NCBI GenBank assembly: GCA_012295275.1
Contig: CM022671.1
Span: 21,948,001-22,012,000, forward strand
Length of the DNA: 64,000 bases
Direction: 5' to 3'
DNA from: Chrysomallon squamiferum
Lineage: Eukaryota; Animalia; Mollusca
Of this stretch, positions 54,877-64,000 are shown in pieces. Within the stretch, counting starts at the first letter, position 1. Every line of letters starts with the position of its first letter. A program made the translations under genes and the position numbers. Under the pieces are notes generated by a model. That model made no database searches, had not been told where the DNA came from, and saw nothing but the letters and a program-made list of their open reading frames with translations.

Positions 54877-55056
54877 TGTACCTAAAATGCAGCAACATTG
54901 AGTCACCTGGTGAGTGATGACACCCCCACCTTAGGTGGGTTAACATGGATTAACTCAGACTTGTCAGTGAGTTAACTGCCCCACCTCAGAGTGGCTAATA
55001 CGGATTAACTCATACTTGAAAATGAGTTAACTGGGGGACTGTTCACCTTAGGTACA
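54877..55056 (+). other. Highly conserved 180-bp nested-palindrome element, copy A (structured ncRNA or dyad-site cis element)
   Basis: 176/180 identical to 63091-63270; terminal IR TGTACCTAA/TTAGGTACA; two TTAACTCA-N10-TGAGTTAA dyads; stops in the frames checked on both strands. Confidence 0.7.
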
Positions 55057-56249
55057 GAAAATAGTATTTTCATAACAACAGAAAACAATGCAATATTTTA
55101 ATTTTCTTTAATAACAGAAAGCTCAACAATAACATTGTTATCACAGAAAACAGAAAACAATGCAATATGAATATTATCTTTAGGGATGGAAGACAAATAT
55201 TATAATCCTGGATTAGAGAACACTGCAGTAATATTATTGTCTTTAGGTGTACAGAAAACACTATGATAATATTACAAACACACAGAACATTTCAAAATTA
55301 TTATTAATTTCTTTAGGAACAGAAAACACTACAGTAATAGTTATTATCATAGACACAGAAAAAAATAACATTATTATCATTAGCTTTAAGTATAAAAATC
55401 CTTGAAAATATACAACATAATTATTTGGATTTAGAAAATAATGATTTTATTTTTATATTTAAATAAGATTTGATTTTCAAAATAGTGTAATAAGATTATA
55501 TATAGCTAATATCAGGGTTTTTTTCTTATGTATTTTCATTTCTTTGTTGACTACATGACAAGGTTGGTAGTGACTATGAACAATTCTGTTCTCTGTAGAT
55601 TATTTCTTGTGCCATACAGCTTTTTCTGGAGAGTTGTTGCAGTTGTCCAGGTAGTCTCCCTGTAGATTTATTGTTGTTATGAGTGGTAAAGAATTGTCTG
55701 ATGCCATTGTCATACTTTCATAAATGTTAAACAATAAACAACTGCTATTATTGTTATTATTGTTCTTGTTATTAGTTACATATTTTTTTAGTCATAAAAT
55801 AAAAATGTCACAAAATTATTTCCTCATCGGTCGAAGGGACATAAATCTCGTATGTATAATGTTTTCGAGATTATCTCAACAACAGCCGTCAAAAAAGAAT
55901 CTTGCAGGTTTTTCTTTCTGGTACAAAAAGTCGTAAAAGAATAAGTCACCTTTCCATGCCATGTTGAGAAACGTTGATTATAAGAATTTTTTCACTTTAA
56001 GAAACTAATAATATTATTCATTTTTATTATCATTATTATTTTTCTATGTAAAAATTGTTTTATTTTATTTTACATATCTAACAGTGGATAGTAAAGGAAC
56101 GTTTCTACTTAAAAATGAATTAATTAAAAGAAACAAACAGAATATATTACACCAAAAATTTTTATATTTTGAAACATTTATTAAACTATCAGGAAATTGT
56201 ACCTTAACATAATTTGATTGAAAAACATCATCATGCATGAACCGTATTA

Positions 56250-56800
56250 TGTCTAATTCCAGAAGGAAATCCGATTGATTTGAATATTTAGTGTCTCTTG
56301 CATAACTGTTAAGAAAAGGAACAACGACTGATGTATGTTGTATATAATTATTAGTAAGGACGAAAATCGATCGGCTGAAGACCATACATTTGAGTCTTCG
56401 GGGAAAGGACCTGGAACCTGGTATAATATTTCCCGCCTTCGTTTCCTCTCCGAGAGCATCTGGAATTTTCTGTTGATGACCCTATTTTTGAACTCACTGG
56501 AAGCACTTGGAAAGTGGCTTTGCGTGGATTAGTCAGCGAGGGATCCCAGAATGTGGACCATAGGATGAAAGCGGATTAACCGATCCGCCCAGACTCTGTC
56601 TTGGACTCGTAGAAATGTGGATTTGAGGCAGAAAGATGGTTCACCGATTTGCTGAATCTTCAGGGAAAGGACCTCAGTTTTGTATAGCTTTCCTACTGAG
56701 GCCTTTGACTTTCCTTGGATTCCTTTGTTGATGTTTGGAGGGAAGACCTGCCAAAGTCCTTACCTTCGATCCCGTTGGTATCAGTGAAGGATGTCAGCTA
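56250..56800 (-). pseudogene. Possible decayed coding relic or TE fragment between the duplicated units
   Basis: GC-richer unique sequence; one minus frame is open about 170 codons with a single TAA; internal duplicated motif encoding GPFPEDS. Confidence 0.3.
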
Positions 56801-56954
56801 TATTACATATGAAACACCATATAATAATCCTAAGTTTTAATATGTTCTTTTGTATTTGCCTTTTTGAAGAACCTGTCATTTTACCATAAGATATAAATAT
56901 ATTTGGTAAAAAGGAAATAAAAATGTTTATCAGATATAGAGTTTCTTAGTTCAC

Positions 56955-57027
<73 letters not shown>

Positions 57028-57710
57028 ATAAAATAAAATAAAATAAAATTGTTTTAAAATAAAATAAAAAATAATAATCCATGTGCAATGACATAAAGAC
57101 AAAATAAAAATGAATGTAAATAAATAAAAAATAATCCTAAAACGACCTGTCAACGTAAATTGGAAGGAAAACAGTCTAATCGAGTTGCATTGTTTTTGAG
57201 AAAATAATCATATGAAAAGGGAAAAACAACAACCACAGACTTTAGATAATCACGGTTCTGGGAATTAAGGAAAGAAAATTTTAAAAATGAGAGAAAATAT
57301 TATGATTATTCTAGATGAAGAAATAGGGAGCGATGACTAATTTGCCGTCTTTATAAACAAATGTTTTTGGGATGATTCATCACATTTATTTGTGGGCGTT
57401 ATTTTGTACATAGTTTATGTTTTGAATAAGTTTTTTTAAAAGGGACTGCTATAGCGTTTAAATATGAGGCTGCTACAGTCAAAACACTGAAAATTACCTG
57501 TATATGAGACAGTCTGCGTTTTTTTTTTTTTGATTTTTGATTTTTGATTTTTTTTTTTTTTTATCTTTTATTAATTTGTTTTTTTTTTTTTTTTAATGGT
57601 TCAAGATATAAATTTTCAAAATACAAATTCTTCGTTCTTATATATCTTACATTTTATTATGGAAATCTCCACGGCTGACGGAATTAACCGAGGAGTTCCG
57701 AACAACAAAA

Positions 57711-57802
57711 TGACGTCAATAATAGAAAATCGTCACGGTGGGCAGCCATTGTCATTGTCATGTAGTTTTTCGCTTGTTAGAAATTTATACATTTAAGGTA
57801 GG
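57711..57802 (+). promoter_or_regulatory. CRE plus YY1-like module and donor-like site, copy B
   Basis: TGACGTCA at 57711-57718, CGTCACGGTGGGCAGCCATTGT at 57731-57752, AAG|GTAGGA at 57798. Confidence 0.5.
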
Positions 57803-58179
57803 AAATAATCATTATTTCTTGTAATATTTTGATAAAGTATAAGAAACAAATTATAGATTATATTAGAATAATTTAGAATTTCTTCGGAAGTGGCGGAAGT
57901 TTCTAATTTGTTGAGATGTATAAGTTTATGAACCAATCAAACAAACTCATCAAAGTTTTAGAGAATATTAAACTAGATTAACCTTACATAAACACATATC
58001 ATACCATATTTAAGCATTTAGACGTATATTACATCAAATAACAACAAACATAATTATCATGTAGTTCATAGAAAATGAATGAATATTTATATATAAATGT
58101 CAGAGTGGTTTTACTCCATGCATATGTCTTTATGTATGAGTTAATCCTTGTTAATGTGTTTAGTATCTATTAGCATATT

Positions 58180-61100
58180 TGTGTTCTGTATCTGTTTTTA
58201 TATTTGTGTTCATTAGTGTCTGTGTTTCCATTTGTTTTATGTATATCTGTTTGTATTTGTGTTATGTCTTTCTGTATTTATATTTGTGTTATGTATATCT
58301 GTCTTTATATTTGAGTTCATGTTTATCTGTATTTATAATTGTGTTCATGGGTATCTTTGCTGATGTGTGTGTTCAGGTGTATCTGTGTTTATACATGTTC
58401 ATGCGTGTATGTTTATATTTGTGTCTGTTTCTGTGTTTCTATTTGTGTCTGTATGTGTGTTTGTATTTGATGTCTGTCTCTCTGTGTTTCTATTTTGTGT
58501 CTTATGTATCTGTGTTTATATTTGTGTTCTTGTCTGTGTTCAAGTTTATGTATTCATCTTTATCCATGTTCATCTGTTTCTGAATTTATATTAATGTGTC
58601 CATCTGTATCTGTGTGTATGCGTTTACATTTGTGTCTGTATCTCTCTTTATATTTGTGTTCTGTCTATATTTGTATCTTTGTTTATAACTTTGTGTGTTA
58701 TGTGTGTCAGTGTTTTATTTGTGTTCTTGCCCATCTGTTTATATGTATTTTCAGATGTACATGTGTTTATATTTCTATTTATGTATATCTGTGTTTCTGT
58801 GTGTCTTTGTTTTATCTGTGCTTATGTTTTTCTCCATGTGTATGGTTTAAGTTTGTTTTCAAATATGTGTTTATATTTGTGTCTTATATTTGTATCTTTG
58901 TGTCCATGTATATCTACATTACTCTATATATGTATATATGTTTATATTTGTTTTCAAGCATGTGAGTGTTTATGTGTTTGTGCTGTTACCTGTGTCTGTG
59001 TTTATATTTGTCTTCATGTATCTGTATTTATATTTGTATTCATGTGTTGTATTTGTATTTGTCTTTCATGTATTTGTGTTTGTATTTGTCTCCATGTATA
59101 TCTGTATTTATTTTTGTCTTCATGTGCCTGTGTTTGTATTTGTCTTCATGTGTAACTGTATTTGTATTTGTCTTCATGTGTCTGTGTTTGTATTTGTCTT
59201 CATGTGTCTGTGTTTGTATTTGTCTTCATGTGTAACTGTGTTATATTTGTCTTCATGTGTAACTGTTTATATTTGTCTTCATGTGTCTGTGTTTGTATTT
59301 GTCTTCATGTGTAACTGTGTTTGTATTTGTCTTCATGTGTAACTGTGTTTATATTTGTATTAATGTGTAACTGTGTTTATATTTGTCTTCATGTGTCTGT
59401 GTTTGTATTTGTCTTCATGTGTAACTGTGTTTGTATTTGTCTTCATGTGTCTGTGTTTGTATTTGTCTTCATGTGTAACTGTGTTTGTATTTGTCTTCAT
59501 GTGTATCTGTGTTTGTATTTGTCTTCATGTGTTCATGTGTATCTGTGTTTGTATTTGTCTTCATGTGTATCTGTGTTTGTATTTGTCTTCATGTGTCTGT
59601 GTTTATATTTGTCTTCATATGTCTATGTTTGTATTTGTCTTCATGTGTCTGTGTTTCTATTTGTCTTCATGTGTATCTGTGTTTGTATTTGTCTTCATGT
59701 GTATTTGTGTTTGTATTTGTCTTCATGTGTAACTGTATTTTTATTTGTCTTCATGTGTCTGTGTTTGTATTTTCTTCATGTGTATCTGTGTTTGTATTTG
59801 TCTTCATTTGTATTTGTCTTCATGTGTATCTATGTTTGTATTTGTCTTCATGTGTAACTGTTTATATTTGTCTTCATGTGTAACTGTGTTTATATTTGTC
59901 TTCATGTGTAACTGTGTTTATATTTGTCTTCATATGTAACTGTGTTTATATTTATCTTCATGTGTCTGTGTTTGTATTTGTCTTCATGTGTAACTGTGTT
60001 TGTAATTGTCTTCATGTGTCTGTGTTTATATTTGTCTTCATATGTCTGTGTTTGTATTTGTCTTCATGTGTCTGTGTTTGTATTTGTCTTCATGTGTATC
60101 TGTGTTTGTATTTGTCTTCATGTGTCTGTGTTTGTATTTGTCTTCATGTGTCTGTGTTTATATTTGTCTTCATGTGTATCTGAGTTTGTATTTGTCTTCA
60201 TGTGTAACTGTATTTTTATTTGTCTTCATGTGTATCTGTGTTTGTATTTGTCTTCATGTGTAGCTGTGTTTGTATTTGTCTTCATGTGTCTGTGTTTTTA
60301 TTTGTTTGTCTTCATGTGTCTGTGTTTGTATTTGTCTTTATTTGTAACTGGGTTTATATTTGTCTTCATGTGTCTGTGTTTGTATTTGTCTTCATGTGTA
60401 ACTGTGTTTATATTTGTCTTCATGTGTCTGTGTTTGAATTTGTCTTCATGTGTCTGTGTTTATATGTGTCTTCATATGTAACTGTGTTTATATTTGTCTT
60501 CATGTGTCTCTGTTTTGTTTGTCTTCATGTTTATCTGTGTTTGTATTTGTCTTCATGTGTCTGTGTTTGTATTTGTCTTCATGTGTATCTGTGTTTATAT
60601 TTGTCTTCTTATATGTCTGTGTTTGTATTTGTCTTCATGTGTATCTGTGTTTATATTTGTCTTCATGTGTATCTGTGTTTATATTTGTCTTCATATGTCT
60701 GTGTTTGTATTTGTCTTCATATGTAACTGTGTTTGTATTTGTCTTCATGTGTATCTGTGTTTATATTTGTCTTCATATGTCTGTGTTTGTATTTGTCTTC
60801 ATGTGTCTGTGTTTTTATTTGTCTTCATGTGTATCTGTGTTTGTATTTGTCTTCATGTGTCTGTGTTTGTATTTGTCTTCATGTGTAACTGTGTTTATAT
60901 ATGTCTTCATGTGTATCTGTGTTTATGTTTGTCTTCATGTGTATCTGTGTTTGTATTTGTCTTCATGTGTAACTGTGTTTGTATTTGTCTTCATGTGTCT
61001 GTGTTTATATATGTCTTCATGTGTATCTGTGTTTGTATTTGTCTTCATGTGTAACTGTGTTTGTATTTGTCTTCATGTGTCTGTGCTTATATTTGTCTTC

Positions 61101-61670
61101 ATATATATCTGTGTTTGTATTTGTCTTGATGTGTCTGTGTTTGTATTTGTCTTGATGTGTCTGTGTTTGTATTTGTCTTCATGTGTAACTGTGTTTGTAT
61201 TTGTCTTCATACATATCTGTGTTTTATATTTGTCTTCATGTGTATCTGTGTTTATATTTTTCTTCATGTATCTGTGTTTGTATTTGTCTTCATATGTCTG
61301 TCTTTGTATTTGTGTTATGTGTATCTGTCTTTATATTTGTGTCATGTGTATGTTGCTACTTGTGTTTATGTATATGTTTATATTAGTGTTATGTGTATAT
61401 ATTTATATTTGTGTTATGTGTGTCTGTGTTTATATTTGTATTATGTATATCTGTGTTTATATTTGTGTTATGTGTATCTGTGTTTATATTCATGTTCATA
61501 TGTATTTGTGCTCCTAATTTTGTTATCTGTCTCAATGTTCATATTTGTGTAATAAAATTATATGTAATTAATTTTTGTTATGTATATCTGTCTTTATATT
61601 TGTGGTATGTGCATTAGTGTTTATTCCCTGTTTATGTTTGTTTATAGATTTGTTATCTTTATCAATGTTC
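58180..61670. repeat. TG-rich minisatellite, core 26/28-bp unit (CTGTGTTTGTATTTGTCTTCATGTGT[AA/AT])
   Basis: Direct inspection; best-ordered part about 59000-61310. Confidence 0.95.
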
Positions 61671-61681
61671 ATATGTGTGTG

Positions 61682-61714
<33 letters not shown>

Positions 61715-62562
61715 TTTATTTTGTTTCATTTTTTAATTGTGTATTGGTGTTTGTTTTTTGATTTGTCCTTTATATATATATATATATGTATGTATTTTTT
61801 TTGTATTTTTGTGTCAATCTATGTTTAGACTTTTACATAAAGACATGTAATTTCATATATATATTGATGCACATTCAGATACACATATTAACAAAATGAA
61901 AAAAAAAATAAATAAAATAAAAAAACCACTCTTAGGAAACACTATTTCTAGTATTAATAAAATCTGTTACAACACTATAAGTAAGTGAAAAACCAGATGA
62001 AATGACATCAGCTGTCCATTGTGTAAGTAAGAGGTTCTAGATCGTAATTGATTTCAAACTGGGTATCTAGGAAACAATCAAACTGGGTATTTGTAATATA
62101 ATAATTAATGAAGTTCTTTTATCCGATCTATTATTTTGGTGAACCAGCAAAATTTGCATCCAAATCTTTTCCTTTGATTTCATGTTTTGACTGATGCTTC
62201 AAAATTTTACTTTTTCTATAGAACACAACTGCTCTTCTTATTTATTTATTGATTTTTAATTTTCCAGAATTCTTTAATAAAAAAGATAAATAAAATAAAA
62301 TGAAAAAAATAAAAAATAAAAAATAAAATAAAATAAATAAAAATAAAATAAAATAAACATAAACATAAACATAAACATAAACATAAATCATATATGTAAA
62401 TACATAATCTGTTAAAAAGGTATAAGTTAAAAGTATAAGTATAAATTATTAAATAATCAAATAATAAACTAATTATTTATAAAGTGCTGAATAAGAATGT
62501 AAATAAATAAATAAGTATTAATTAAAAAAAATACTAATACTAATATAAATATTAACACAATA

Positions 62563-62599
<37 letters not shown>

Positions 62600-63090
62600 A
62601 TAATAATAATAATGATAATGATAATAAGAAGAAGAAGAAGAAGAAGAAGATTTTATATTTGCTGAATATATAGAACTGTATTTAGGTTAGTGCTAAATAA
62701 GCAAATAGTAAAAATAATAAACAAATTAAAAATTAATCTTAATTACAATTATTTTGATAATGTTTTGTGAATTAAATATGAAAATATTAAAATAAATAAT
62801 AAAAATAAAAACAAATAATAAATTAAAAATTATTATTATTTACAAATTTTATGTTTTTGATAATGAAATTCGATATTATTTTTTATTTAAAACTGATATA
62901 TTTTTCCTGCTTGTGTTCTATGGAAAAATCAAAATTCTTTTCAGTTTTCATTTTTTTTTTTTTTTTTTTAATTATAAGTTTACTTTATTAATTTTTTCAT
63001 TTTTTTTTTAATCATTATTCCTCACCATGTATGGAAAATTTAAATATTTAAATTTTTTAATTAATTTTAATTGTACAAACTTTTATTAAA

Positions 63091-63270
63091 TGTACCTAAA
63101 ATGCAGCAACAGTGAGTCACCTGGTGAGTGATGACACCCCCACCTTAGGTGGGTTAACATGGATTAACTCAGACTTGTCAGTGAGTTAACTGCCCCACCT
63201 CAGAGTGGCTAATACAGATTAACTCATACTTGAAAATGAGTTAACTGGGAGACTGTTCACCTTAGGTGCA
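63091..63270 (+). other. Highly conserved 180-bp nested-palindrome element, copy B
   Basis: Paralogue of 54877-55056 with 4 substitutions and no indels. Confidence 0.7.
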
Positions 63271-64000
63271 GAAAACATTATTGTCTTAGATATAGAAAAC
63301 AATGCAATATTTTTATTGTTTGGAACAGAAAAAAACTAGAATAATATTATGAGTGACACAGAGAACATTGCAATATTGTCATCATTAGATTTATGTACAA
63401 AAAGTTCTGAAATAAAATCATGTTGGGATAAAGAAAAGAATGATTATCTTTACATTTAAATAATAAAATTTATTTTGCCTGTACTATAATAAAATTATAT
63501 TTTGATAATATTATCAGTGTTAGCTATTGTTACTGCTGTTGTTATTAATACGTTATTGGTGATTTTTTTTTTAACTCTTAAGGTACAAAATTATTTCTTC
63601 ATTGGCGTAAGGGACATAAATCTCATAGGTTTAATATTTTCGGAATTATCTCATCAAAACGCTTTTAAAAGACTGAGTCCAAAAGCGTTACCAAATTTTG
63701 GGGATTTTTATTATTATTATTTTATTTATTTATTAATTTAAAAAATAATATGTTAAATTACTGAACGATTTTAACGTAACAAGAAAATTGTTTATTTTTC
63801 AAAATGCCTCGTTAGTTATGCCTTAAAGATGCTTTAATCGCTCTAAAGGAATGGCCGTAACTAGACTCTTTTTTAAATGAGGCAAAAACACTTAAACCCT
63901 AAGCGACGCGTAGCAAAAAAAAAAAAATTATTATTAATTATCGCTCCGGGACGTAGAAAATCCTATTTTGTGTACTACTGGTTTGCCGGATTATGAATGT

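Larger units (their letters stand above)
50955..56040 (+). repeat. Tandem segmental duplication, copy A
   Basis: Colinear homologous blocks with 57645-63790 (51019/57711, 53895/61986, 54877/63091, 55810/63586). Confidence 0.9.
57645..63790 (+). repeat. Tandem segmental duplication, copy B
   Basis: Colinear with 50955-56040. Confidence 0.9.

Noticed and set aside
54909-55047. Canonical box C/D snoRNA, IRE or SECIS call for the 180-bp element
   Set aside because: The box D position reads CTGT in both copies; CAGTGA lacks the IRE stem and bulged C; no SECIS quartet geometry.
55024-55048. Resemblance to 28S rRNA GAGTTTGACTGGGGCGGTACACCT
   Set aside because: Short, gapped, sense-orientation similarity with no flanking rRNA homology; likely chance.
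56375-56435. Hammerhead ribozyme (CTGAAGA...GAAA)
   Set aside because: Stems II and III cannot be formed convincingly around the core.
58179-61828. Many long Cys/Val-rich ORFs (up to 355 aa)
   Set aside because: Translations of a TG-rich minisatellite; open in several frames because the repeat has few stops.

Overview
Very AT-rich, microsatellite-dense animal genomic DNA. Degenerate tRNA-head/Nin-domain SINEs suggest a mollusc, probably a gastropod (inference). Nearly all listed ORFs are simple-repeat artefacts. One convincing coding exon lies on the minus strand (CDS 9288-9587) and encodes the N-terminus of a type II single-pass membrane or secretory protein. It appears to be preceded by a roughly 39 kb, multi-exon, non-coding 5' leader running back to a CpG-rich promoter near 48-50 kb, with a second promoter near 17 kb. 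The last 13 kb is an old tandem duplication (about 50.9-56.0 kb and 57.6-63.8 kb). Each copy has a CRE/YY1-like promoter module, its own independently expanded minisatellite and conserved splice-like sites. The most striking feature is a 180-bp non-coding element that is 176/180 identical between copies, far above its flanks, and is built from nested palindromes. Other oddities are a 21-bp-period array of CCAAGGTCA nuclear-receptor-type sites, a duplicated acceptor plus start codon, a long hairpin, and inverted arms flanking microsatellites. No computation or database search was run.
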